Origin: Bacillota bacterium
GTDB taxonomy: Bacteria; Bacillota; UBA4882; UBA8346
Reading direction: 5' to 3'
DNA: 26,551 nucleotides
Assembly: GCA_046706235.1 (NCBI GenBank)
Contig: JBJKPO010000267.1
Span: 1 to 26,551 of the forward strand
Shown here piece by piece: positions 1 through 7,936 of this stretch (within the stretch, counting starts at the first letter, position 1; every line of letters starts with the position of its first letter). The notes below the pieces were generated by a model. The model had not been told where the DNA came from and searched no databases. It saw nothing but the letters and a program-made list of their open reading frames with translations. The position numbers were made by a program, and so were the translations under genes.

Positions 1-638
1 ATATTTATCCGGGCTTTTTCCAGTGAAGGCAGACCTGTCAGTACTTCCGGGGGAACTTGCCGCTCCACCAGATCCCAGGTATGCAGGGTCCATCCCTCCA
101 ACGAACCACCCGCCACGGTAAGTAGGAAACGGGATTGCAAGTTTTCCAACGCGGCGGTAAAACGGTTGCGCTTATCGTTAAAAATGGTTTTGGCTTTGAT
201 CCATAACTCCCGGGAGTCAATCGGGCCAGATTCGGCGACGATCTGATAAAGATCCCTTTCAATTCGTTTTAACCGCCCGCACTCAAACTCATAATCCGCG
301 TCGCCTTCCGGACCGTAAACTTTAAGAAAGGATGGATATAACCGCCAGCCGATAAAGGTGCCCCGGCCGTGGATTAGCTTGGTATAAGCACAAAGTTTCC
401 GGCCGGGGAGGGTCTCTTTCCAGGCCCAAGCCCGGTCGGTAATGGCAAAACCATGCCAGGGTCTGGCTTCGTCCGCCTCCGAGAGACTGGGAAGCGGAAT
501 TCCTTCAACCGGCATTAGCAGGACAAAACCCCGTTCTTCAATAAAACGGCAAGCGCCATCGTCATCGCGGATTTTCATTCCGTTAGTTAACCGGTTTAGT
601 TTGGCGCGCGCCTCGTTAAGTTTGGAGATTGTAATCAT
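1..638 (-). CDS. AlkZ-related (winged-helix, DNA glycosylase-like) protein, partial; runs off the window start
   Basis: Not in the ORF track. Manual translation from ATG at 638 gives an uninterrupted frame to the window edge: MITISKLNEARAKLNRL...ACRFIEERGFVLLMP...LPSLSE...AWAWKETLPGRKLCAYTKLIHGRGTFIGWRLYPSF... These blocks resemble AlkZ-related proteins. The product call is from recognition, not a search. Confidence 0.7.
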   Translation of the reverse strand, partial: MITISKLNEARAKLNRLTNGMKIRDDDGACRFIEERGFVLLMPVEGIPLPSLSEADEARPWHGFAITDRAWAWKETLPGRKLCAYTKLIHGRGTFIGWRLYPSFLKVYGPEGDADYEFECGRLKRIERDLYQIVAESGPIDSRELWIKAKTIFNDKRNRFTAALENLQSRFLLTVAGGSLEGWTLHTWDLVERQVPPEVLTGLPSLEKARIN

Positions 639-667
639 TAATCATATTATACCTATTTAAATATTAA

Positions 668-681
668 CGAACAACTGTTTT
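668..681. promoter_or_regulatory. Putative LexA (SOS/Cheo) box
   Basis: CGAACAACTGTTTT fits the Bacillota consensus CGAAC-N4-GTTYG apart from the last base, and lies immediately downstream of the -10 of the minus-strand promoter. Confidence 0.6.
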
Positions 682-709
682 AATATATATCTTTGATAAT
701 TATTGTCAA
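682..709 (-). promoter_or_regulatory. Sigma-A-type promoter for the AlkZ-related gene
   Basis: TTGACA (704-709), 16-nt spacer, TATATT (682-687) on the minus strand. Confidence 0.55.
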
Positions 710-725
710 GACTATTAAAAAGCGG

Positions 726-757
726 TCACAACTCTATCAATAGAATTGTAATAAACC
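726..757. repeat. Two abutting inverted copies of the dispersed repeat end
   Basis: TCACAACTCTA (726-736), TCAA, then TAGAATTGTAATAAACC (741-757). Both resemble the TAGARTTGTGATAAACC end of the 32-bp repeat. Confidence 0.4.
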
Positions 758-805
758 TGATTTCAACCGGTAAAAAACCTTATAACATAAAAGGAGATAT
801 TTTTT

Positions 806-1522
806 ATGGGTTTAAAAGCCGTTATAGTTATGGCCATGGTGGTTGGGTTGATGTTTACTGTGACGCCGGTCATTGATTCGGCCAACCTGACTCCAATCAA
901 CATTGACAATCACGCCGGAGTTTTTGGCGGCGGTTTTTACATAGAATACCCGGAACCAACGGTAGATTCCATTGATCCCACGGCAGGGCTAAATACAGGT
1001 ATTATTAATGTTATAATAACCGGTATCAATTTGCGAAACAGTTCGGAGATTGTTTTAAAACAAAACGGCCGCATTATTAAGGCGGCTGTTGTCAAAGTCA
1101 TTTACAGCGGCCGGATTGCTTGTCAATATGACCTAACAGGGGTTTTTCCGGGGGCGTATGATGTAATAGTATTTGCGTTAAGTGACTACAAATCGGGAGT
1201 GTTAAGCATATTACGCAAAGGATTCATGATAGAATACCCGGCGCCGTTAATATCCGGGGTTGAACCCGATATTACCGGAAATGGCGGTGAAGTTGACTTA
1301 AAATTAAACGGTTCCGGTTTCCGGCCAGGAGCCAGAGTATTTTTAGAAAACGAGGAGCAATTGATTGAAGCGGTTACGGTTAATGTAATAACACCGACGT
1401 CAATCGTCTGCCGGTTCGATTTAAATAATGTCCGGTTCGGGGTATACGATGTGAAGGTCAGGAATGACGATCAAAAGTCTGGATTGTTAGTTAATGGATT
1501 CCGAGTGGGAAGTGTGAAGTGA
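806..1522 (+). CDS. Secreted protein with two tandem IPT/TIG (Ig-like) domains
   Basis: AAGGAG RBS and a hydrophobic N-terminal signal segment. Internal duplication: FYIEYPEPTVDSIDP/FMIEYPAPLISGVEP, ITGINL/LNGSGF, GAYDVIV/GVYDVKV. Confidence 0.82.
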   Translation: MGLKAVIVMAMVVGLMFTVTPVIDSANLTPINIDNHAGVFGGGFYIEYPEPTVDSIDPTAGLNTGIINVIITGINLRNSSEIVLKQNGRIIKAAVVKVIYSGRIACQYDLTGVFPGAYDVIVFALSDYKSGVLSILRKGFMIEYPAPLISGVEPDITGNGGEVDLKLNGSGFRPGARVFLENEEQLIEAVTVNVITPTSIVCRFDLNNVRFGVYDVKVRNDDQKSGLLVNGFRVGSVK

Positions 1523-1570
1523 GAGGTGAGAAGTGGGAATGGTTTTATTACAGTTTCGCCTCCCACTTCT
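1505..1570. repeat. Five tandem GTGNGAR heptamers plus a 10-bp inverted repeat; likely terminator between convergent genes
   Basis: GTGGGAA GTGTGAA GTGAGAG GTGAGAA GTGGGAA (1505-1539). AGAAGTGGGA (1529-1538) pairs perfectly with TCCCACTTCT (1561-1570). Confidence 0.5.
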
Positions 1571-1583
1571 TGTACTCAAGCTT

Positions 1584-3083
1584 TTACTTTATTTTTCTTG
1601 CGCAAGTATAAGCCGCGGCCAAAGCGCCCGGTATACCTCCGATGTGCATCGCCCAGCAGGAACCGATATACAGGTTTTTTACTGGAGTATCGACATGAAC
1701 GGCCATCATTTGTTCATAGAATCGCTTTTTTGGGTTCCAACTCCATGAGCATGACGCGCCGTCGGTATTATGAGTATAACGTTCATAAGTTAACGGGGTG
1801 GCGGCGTCCTGATATTCGATGGCATTTTCCAGGTTGGGAATCACCTTAGCGGCTTTCTTGATCATGGCTTTCAGGGCTTGCTCCTTCAGTTGTTTATATT
1901 TCGTCTTATCTCCGTCGCCCCAATTATCCATCCAACGGTATGGAACCATGGTTTGCAGCATCAATGAGGACTTCCCGGCTGGTGCTAGTTTGGGATTAAT
2001 CAGTGATGGCGAATAAAGACTAACCGAGGTTTTTTCAAAAAAACGCTCATCACCGGAATTATAGATATCCAAGCCGGGTTGCTCGTCAAAACACATTACA
2101 TGCGGGATTTTCATAGTTTGTTGCAAGCTCTCGTTCGAAAGTTTTAACCCCAGGTATACGGTATAAAATCCTTGAGAAACGGGCGAATCGTTGATTTTTT
2201 GCCGCAGGTCCGGTGGGATTAGATTTGGATCGTCCAACAACCGCAAAAAAGTCTTTTTATAATCACCGGAGGAGATAATATAATCCGCATAATAATTGGT
2301 GTTTTTACATGATACTCCCACTGCGGCGCCGTTTTTGGTGATGATTTTATCAACATGGGAATTCAGTTTAAGTTCTCCGCCCAGCTTTTGAAAATGATCG
2401 GCCAGCAAATCGGCCCAGGATTGCATTCCGGTCTTGACGGTCCAGTAATCGGACAGCATCCCGGAGAAAGCGCCGGCTAAACTGGAAGCGGACATATCAG
2501 GATAACCGTAATGGCTAAAGAGGTGGTAGAGCTTGGAATCCTTTGGAAAGAACCGCGCTACAAATTCCGAAACAGTTTCCTCCTGGTATTGCCGGAGCAA
2601 TTTCATGTATTTGAAACCTTTCAGGATCATGGGGATTAATGAAAATATCAAGGGCAACCCGCTATAAAGAAAAGGCATGGGTTTATCCATGGAACCCATT
2701 GCCACGGTGAATTGATCAAGCACGGCAAAGAAACGGTCCAGGTTTTCACGTTCGGACGGGAAAGCGGCATAGTACATTTTCTTTACATCTTCATAAGTTT
2801 CGGGGACCGCGTCATAATCAGCGGAAACAAAACGCAATCTTTGCTTTACAAACTCGATTTGGCCCGCCAGGCCGATATCATTCATTGCCTTGTTAATTGA
2901 CGCCGAAGCCTCGAATGACAAGGTACCGCTTTCAAAATAAAACCCGTTGCGGTAAAACCCGGCGGTATAACCGCCCGGTCGGCTATGTGACTCAAAAATT
3001 GTTACCTGATGGCCTTTCTTCGCCAGCAGATTGCCGGCCATCAATCCTCCAAACCCGGAACCGATAATGATTATTTTTTTCAT
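1584..3083 (-). CDS. Phytoene desaturase-like NAD(P)/FAD-dependent oxidoreductase (COG1233 type)
   Basis: N-terminal IIIGSGFGGL Rossmann motif, E-x4-PGG, C-terminal ATPLTYERYT and NLYIGS...GGIPGA; AAGGAG RBS. Confidence 0.9.
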   Translation of the reverse strand: MKKIIIIGSGFGGLMAGNLLAKKGHQVTIFESHSRPGGYTAGFYRNGFYFESGTLSFEASASINKAMNDIGLAGQIEFVKQRLRFVSADYDAVPETYEDVKKMYYAAFPSERENLDRFFAVLDQFTVAMGSMDKPMPFLYSGLPLIFSLIPMILKGFKYMKLLRQYQEETVSEFVARFFPKDSKLYHLFSHYGYPDMSASSLAGAFSGMLSDYWTVKTGMQSWADLLADHFQKLGGELKLNSHVDKIITKNGAAVGVSCKNTNYYADYIISSGDYKKTFLRLLDDPNLIPPDLRQKINDSPVSQGFYTVYLGLKLSNESLQQTMKIPHVMCFDEQPGLDIYNSGDERFFEKTSVSLYSPSLINPKLAPAGKSSLMLQTMVPYRWMDNWGDGDKTKYKQLKEQALKAMIKKAAKVIPNLENAIEYQDAATPLTYERYTHNTDGASCSWSWNPKKRFYEQMMAVHVDTPVKNLYIGSCWAMHIGGIPGALAAAYTCARKIK

Positions 3084-3188
3084 GGCTTACTCCTTTGTTA
3101 GTTTATTACTTGGCTTAACTGTATAACGAATTAAGAGTCATAGTTCTTTCGTAATAATAAAATACTTAAATTATTACCGTGGGCTTTC

Positions 3189-3217
3189 TTTACAGGCATA
3201 ATAAAACCAAGTATAAT
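3189..3217 (+). promoter_or_regulatory. Sigma-A-type promoter of vapBC
   Basis: TTTACA (3189-3194), 17 nt, TATAAT (3212-3217). Confidence 0.6.
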
Positions 3218-3244
3218 ATAATAGAAAAAAGAGGAGGTCTAATC

Positions 3245-3475
3245 ATGCCGCAGCTTTCATTATATATCGATGCTGAAACTTTAGCTAAAATCGAAACTGC
3301 CGCCAAGATTAATAATACCTCGATTTCCAAGTGGGTCACGGAAAGACTGAAAGAGTCGCTTACAATGAGCTGGCCGGAAAACTATCAATATTTGTTTGGG
3401 TCCATCACCGACGAGACTTTTAGTATCGAGAGGGTCAAGGATTTTCAATCGGATCTGGAAAGAGAACGTTTATGA
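3245..3475 (+). CDS. vapB: Ribbon-helix-helix (CopG-like) VapB-type antitoxin, 76 aa
   Basis: GAGGAGG RBS before ATG 3245. MPQLSLYIDAETLAKIETAAKINNTSISKWV has an RHH pattern; the stop overlaps the PIN gene start (ATGA). Confidence 0.82.
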   Translation: MPQLSLYIDAETLAKIETAAKINNTSISKWVTERLKESLTMSWPENYQYLFGSITDETFSIERVKDFQSDLERERL

Positions 3476-3879
3476 AGTTTTTCCTAGATACCAATATTTG
3501 TATTTATTTTCTTAAAGGTATTTTTCCGGACCTGCTAAAGACAATAATGTCCCATAATCCGGATGACATAAAAATCCCATCCATGGTTAAAGCGGAATTG
3601 CTTTATGGTGCTGAAAAAAGTCAAAGGCGAAACGAAAATTTGGAAAAAGTAAACGGCTTTTTATTACCCTATGAAATTATTCCGTTTGACGATAAAGCTG
3701 CTGTTATTTATTCACGGATCAGGTCCAAGCTTGAGAAAATTGCCTTAATTATTGGTCCCAATGACTTAATTATAGCCGCTACCGTGCTTGGCGGCGAGGG
3801 GTGTTTAGTAACCAATAATGAAAAGGAGTTTAACCGGGTTCCTGAGTTGAAAACATGCAACTGGGTTCAATCATCCTAG
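3472..3879 (+). CDS. vapC: VapC PIN-domain ribonuclease toxin
   Basis: FFLDTNICI, AELLYGAE, IGPNDLIIAA, VTNNEKEF: conserved PIN acidic residues. Confidence 0.92.
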   Translation: MKFFLDTNICIYFLKGIFPDLLKTIMSHNPDDIKIPSMVKAELLYGAEKSQRRNENLEKVNGFLLPYEIIPFDDKAAVIYSRIRSKLEKIALIIGPNDLIIAATVLGGEGCLVTNNEKEFNRVPELKTCNWVQSS

Positions 3880-4007
3880 CGGATATATTTATTAAATTCA
3901 ATTGTCACAGGTGATGATAACCACAATCAAGGGCCGTTTCTCCAGGGGCCTTTTGTCGGTATTGAAAGTGTGTTGCAATTCAATAAAGCGGATCTCTATT
4001 AAGTCAG

Positions 4008-4442
4008 TTAAAAAGATTTTTGAAAACTATACCCCTTCTTTACATAGCCTCTATGTTCATAAAATATATGTGTTTTTTCACGATGTAATCCACTGTTTAC
4101 GCCAAGTATAACTATATTTTTGCATTGTGCATATTGCTCCACTTTGTCAAGTAGTTGGGTTCCTATGCCTTTACTTTGATACTCTTTATTTACCGCAAGA
4201 GCGATTATTTGAATATATTCTCCATCAACATTGAAAGCAACCCCTTCGTTTATTCCGATAAATCCGATCACTTTATTATTATCAACTGCAACAAATGTTT
4301 GATAGTCTTTACGGTTTTGTATAATTTCCAATCGTTTGAATGTATCTCGTATTTTTAGGTCATTATATCCAAGTTCATTCCTAATCAAATCACAAATTGC
4401 TTCATAATCATCACTTACCAAAGAACGTATTGAGATTTCCAT
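4008..4442 (-). CDS. GNAT family N-acetyltransferase
   Basis: LAVNKEYQSKGIGTQLL acetyl-CoA motif A and FYEHRGY; AGGAG RBS. Confidence 0.9.
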   Translation of the reverse strand: MEISIRSLVSDDYEAICDLIRNELGYNDLKIRDTFKRLEIIQNRKDYQTFVAVDNNKVIGFIGINEGVAFNVDGEYIQIIALAVNKEYQSKGIGTQLLDKVEQYAQCKNIVILGVNSGLHREKTHIFYEHRGYVKKGYSFQKSF

Positions 4443-4653
4443 ATAATAATCACTCCTAACAAGTCCTTAAGTTTCTTTTTGTCTTTAGTTTTAGGAGATG
4501 TAATGTTATCAAAGGAGATCGAATTCTTTCCATATTTTTTTCTCTAAATATACTATAAATACTTATTCCTATCAATAAATATTAATCCCGGAATATGTGA
4601 TAATCAATTGATTCATGTTTGATCGAAATACGGGGTGGGTTGTTTATCGTAAA

Positions 4654-5001
4654 TCAATCCCGCTCCCGGAACAATCCCTGCCCTAGAAAATTGAAAATAG
4701 ACACGATTAAGGCAGTGGCAAAGGCCGTCCAAAAGTTAGGGAACTTAAGACCGCCCAATATCGTATCGGTAAGCGTCACCATCCAGGTGTTGACGATGAG
4801 AGTGAAAAGCCCCATGGTAACCAGATTGATGGGCAGGGTAATCAGGAATAAAATGGGACGTATCAGTATATTGGCGGCCGCCAGGATCAAACCCGCCCAT
4901 AATCCGATTTCGGGAGAAGCCGTATGAATGGCCGGAAATATTTGAACGGCGCAATAAAAAGCAGCCACATTGGCAATGATTTTAATGACTAATTTCGGCA
5001 T
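4654..5001 (-). CDS. YvlD-like 4-TM membrane protein (phage holin family IV-like), 115 aa
   Basis: True start is ATG 5001 after GGAGGA; the ORF track over-extends it. ANILIRPILFLITLPINLVTMGLFTLIVN is the family signature. Confidence 0.87.
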   Translation of the reverse strand: MPKLVIKIIANVAAFYCAVQIFPAIHTASPEIGLWAGLILAAANILIRPILFLITLPINLVTMGLFTLIVNTWMVTLTDTILGGLKFPNFWTAFATALIVSIFNFLGQGLFRERD

Positions 5002-5018
5002 TGGCAAAATCCTCCGAC

Positions 5019-5393
5019 TTATATGAAATCCACGTAAACCCGGACGCGGCCGTGATGTTTCGGATCGTCGGTCTCGACCTCGACCATCCGCCATTTCCCG
5101 TAACGCCGTAACTCCCGAATTATTTCCCGGCATAAACGTAATGCTTGAGTGGGAGCGCCTGCAAAATGGGACCAGCGCCGGGCGTGATATCGGGAATAGC
5201 AATCTTTATCAGACAGTAAAACGGTCCAACGTAAAAACAATTTTTCAGCCAGCCAGGCCAAATCTTCCACCGCATCCAGAGTCTGGTCCAGCAGAAAGAG
5301 TGGAATGGGAATCGGGATGGTAATGCCGCTTCCGAACCCGAGCCTGACCACCATAAAGAAGCTACGGTAACTAAATATCGGTTTATTCCACAT
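5019..5393 (-). CDS. Hypothetical protein (operonic with the SHOCT-like and YvlD-like genes)
   Basis: Start overlaps the stop of the upstream gene. IPIPIPLFLL and MVEVETDD...VRVYV resemble the C-terminal half of the neighbouring gene product. Confidence 0.72.
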   Translation of the reverse strand: MWNKPIFSYRSFFMVVRLGFGSGITIPIPIPLFLLDQTLDAVEDLAWLAEKLFLRWTVLLSDKDCYSRYHARRWSHFAGAPTQALRLCREIIRELRRYGKWRMVEVETDDPKHHGRVRVYVDFI

Positions 5394-5817
5394 AGACTTC
5401 CACCCTCACTAATCCTTCCGCCGGATCGACCGCCTCCACATCCACCAGTTTGCCGCCTTCCAGTAAACCCTGTTCGATCATTCGCATTAATTCCTCGATA
5501 TCAATCTTACTGAGATCGATCCCCTTCTTTTCCATTTCCAGACGGGCGGCCTCCGGGATGTAACTCATCCCGAACGCGGCGAATTTGGAGGCCATGCGCA
5601 TGATGCTCAAGGGTAAATTGACATTGACTTTGGTGGTGCCGGCGGTATTGACCCGTACCCGTAGAAATTTATTAGCAAGCCGGGGTGAAGTGGCAGGGGT
5701 GGGGGACTCAGCCTTTGATTCCGATTCTTCAAGCGCTTTTAAAAGTTCCAGGGCTTCATCGGCATTTATTTTACCAGTCTGAACCATTTGTAAGATTTTC
5801 AGTCTCTCTTCACTCAT
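5383..5817 (-). CDS. SHOCT-like (YvlB N-terminal-type) domain protein
   Basis: MSEERLKILQMVQTGKINADEALELLKALE N-terminus, followed by LRVRV...KVNVNLPL and LVDVE. Confidence 0.83.
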   Translation of the reverse strand: MSEERLKILQMVQTGKINADEALELLKALEESESKAESPTPATSPRLANKFLRVRVNTAGTTKVNVNLPLSIMRMASKFAAFGMSYIPEAARLEMEKKGIDLSKIDIEELMRMIEQGLLEGGKLVDVEAVDPAEGLVRVEVYVE

Positions 5818-5869
5818 AAGAGTTAAGCTCCTTTATTAGTTATTGGATAACGGTTAAAAAGTTAAAGGT

Positions 5870-6259
5870 TCATTTTCCAATTCGTTTCAACTGCTTGGCG
5901 GCTTCCGGCGGAGAGATTTCACCCCGTTCCAGGGCGTCCAATATCTCCTGACGTTGTTTTTTTTCATCGTCGAAAATCGATTCATCCTTTTCCACCCGGT
6001 AACCCAGGGCTTCGATGGCCGCATCCAAACGGTTGCGTACCGTGGGGTAGGAGATACCCAGTTCTTTTTCGACATCTTTAATATTACCACGGCATTTGAT
6101 GAATACTTCAATAAACTCGCGCTGTTCATTGGGCAACCGGCAAAACTTGCAACTGGCGAAATCGCCGTCCAGTTTGGTGGGACAAAAAGTACAGCTTAAA
6201 CGGGTTACGGATAAATCGTGACCGCAAACCGGACAAACTCCGGGAGCTTTATATTTCAT
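5870..6259 (-). CDS. DUF2089 family protein (Zn ribbon + HTH + SHOCT-like tail)
   Basis: CPVCG...C-x2-C zinc ribbon, GNIKDVEKELGISYPTVRNRLD HTH, ILDALERGEISPPEA tail. ATG 6259 follows AGGTGA. Confidence 0.88.
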   Translation of the reverse strand: MKYKAPGVCPVCGHDLSVTRLSCTFCPTKLDGDFASCKFCRLPNEQREFIEVFIKCRGNIKDVEKELGISYPTVRNRLDAAIEALGYRVEKDESIFDDEKKQRQEILDALERGEISPPEAAKQLKRIGK

Positions 6260-6294
6260 TATGATCACCTTTCTTTGAGTGTATTCCGGAAGGG

Positions 6295-7584
6295 CTATTC
6301 CTCGGCCGGAAGTGGGTTATCGACCGTTAAAGGCCGGGGTTCATAAACTTCCGGTGAACTGATAATGATAAATCCAATTGTAATCAGGAGGAAGAAAAGA
6401 CCGATTCCCGATAAAAGGTAATGTGATGGATACTTATCCAGTAGAAACCCAAAAATTAACGATCCGAACGGAACTGCCAACTGTGAAATAAGGCCTAATC
6501 CTGAGAAAAACCGGGCCCTCATTTCGTCCCGAACCATTTTTTGCAGGTTGGTAATGATCGGAGTATTTACAAAAGCATTAAAAATACCGGCCAATGTAAA
6601 TCCGATTCCGATTACCGCAAAATAAGTCCAACCGGTTCCGCCGAAGTAGCGGACGACCTTTGGGAAAATAGTCAAACCAAGCAGGAGAAAGAAGACCGAG
6701 TTAATAATAAAACCCGATTTCATCATTTTCTTAGAACTGGTCCCGGCAAATACCGAACCAATCAAAATGTTGCCGAACAAGACTCCCAGCATAAACGAAG
6801 TCATTAGATAACTATATTGCTGATTGCTGAACCCGATTACTTTTTTAAGGATAAACGGCATTCCCACCATGATAACCGGGATCGCCAGGAAATTAGTAAT
6901 CATTGCAAAAATAAACAGCTGTTTTAATCCCTGATGTTTAAAAATATAGGTTACGATTTCAAAAATATCGTTAAAAAAAGATTTTACACTTAATTTTTCC
7001 AGATTTCGAATTTTGGCTCGGTAGATGATAAAAGACTCACAAACGGCGGAAATAATGAAGGACAAAGCATTTAACAGGAAGATCGTTTTAATGCCCCAAA
7101 AACCATAAATTATACCGCCCAGTGCGGGACCGATAATCATTGAAATACTATCGGCGCCACTTCGAACGGCATTGGCCCGCGATAAATCGCTTTCATCGAC
7201 TAACTCCGGCAGCATCGCCGCTGTTGCCGCATTAAATAAGCTGTCCATAATCGAGACAAAAACCTGGCTTGCAAAAAGGATGTTTAAATTCATCCGTCCT
7301 ATCAAAGCCATCCAGGATAGAAATAATATTAAAATGCCCCGACCGTAATCGGCATATATCGCGATGCTTTTCCGGCTCAAACGGTCGCCCAGCACACCCG
7401 CAAGCGGAGCCATGGTTAATGTGGGGATCATTGCCAGCATCATAAATAATCCCATTGAAGCTCCCGATCCGGTTAAGTCTAAAATATAAAGGGGGATGGC
7501 AATCATCTGAATTCCTGAACCAATTAACGAGATTAACCGTCCCGAGTTGAATAACAGAAGATTTCGTTTTTGAATGTTAGTCAT
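6295..7584 (-). CDS. MFS transporter (drug/macrolide efflux DHA3-like), 429 aa
   Basis: About 12 hydrophobic segments, GVLGDRLSRK motif A, LPELVDESDLSRANA. Probable start is ATG 7584 after GAGGA. Confidence 0.9.
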   Translation of the reverse strand: MTNIQKRNLLLFNSGRLISLIGSGIQMIAIPLYILDLTGSGASMGLFMMLAMIPTLTMAPLAGVLGDRLSRKSIAIYADYGRGILILFLSWMALIGRMNLNILFASQVFVSIMDSLFNAATAAMLPELVDESDLSRANAVRSGADSISMIIGPALGGIIYGFWGIKTIFLLNALSFIISAVCESFIIYRAKIRNLEKLSVKSFFNDIFEIVTYIFKHQGLKQLFIFAMITNFLAIPVIMVGMPFILKKVIGFSNQQYSYLMTSFMLGVLFGNILIGSVFAGTSSKKMMKSGFIINSVFFLLLGLTIFPKVVRYFGGTGWTYFAVIGIGFTLAGIFNAFVNTPIITNLQKMVRDEMRARFFSGLGLISQLAVPFGSLIFGFLLDKYPSHYLLSGIGLFFLLITIGFIIISSPEVYEPRPLTVDNPLPAEE

Positions 7585-7606
7585 TATTAATTTCCTCTTA
7601 TTAATA

Positions 7607-7638
7607 TAGAGTTGTGATAAACTCAAATTAATAGCTAA
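7607..7638 (-). repeat. 32-bp dispersed repeat, copy 1
   Basis: TAGAGTTGTGATAAACTCAAATTAATAGCTAA; 31/32 identical to 22812-22843. Confidence 0.8.
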
Positions 7639-7649
7639 AAAGTAATTTC

Positions 7650-7678
7650 AGATTAACACAGGTTGTTAATTTTGTCAA
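7650..7678 (-). promoter_or_regulatory. Sigma-A-type promoter of the MFS operon with a palindromic operator in the spacer
   Basis: TTGACA (7673-7678), 17 nt, TAATCT (7650-7655). Perfect inverted repeat ATTAACA-N5-TGTTAAT at 7652-7670. Confidence 0.55.
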
Positions 7679-7862
7679 TGCATGGCTTAAAAAAATTAAT
7701 AATGACATTAATAATTTTAATTATGATAACGACGCGGTTTTAATTTAATACATGTTGTATGCATTACAAAAAAGTATCAACATAATTAGATTTTTATATC
7801 GATCCCTTCTGAAGGAAAATAATTTGAAATATTAAAGGTCTCGAATAAAACACGATTTAACA

Positions 7863-7891
7863 GCAGGAATGCATATTCTTATCGCGAATTT
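7863..7891 (+). promoter_or_regulatory. Putative sigma-H promoter upstream of recJ-rel-dtd
   Basis: GCAGGAATG-N11-CGCGAATTT versus the B. subtilis consensus RNAGGAWWW-N11/12-RNNGAATWW (two mismatches). Confidence 0.4.
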
Positions 7892-7936
7892 TAATAATAT
7901 ATTCATTTTAAATAAGGTATCACAAAAAGGAGCACT

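Noticed and set aside
3902-4111. 69-aa ORF whose MITTIKGRFSRG segment faintly recalls AF2212/DUF104 antitoxins
   Set aside because: The similarity is very short, there is no spaced RBS, and it overlaps the GNAT gene antisense.
4445-4545. Minus-strand RKKYGKNSISF segment resembling a DinB C-terminal tail
   Set aside because: A stop codon immediately precedes it and there is no further similarity; likely chance.
4654-5001. Holin-like gene as a sign of a prophage
   Set aside because: YvlD-type genes are common chromosomal envelope-stress genes, and there is no endolysin, structural or integrase gene nearby.
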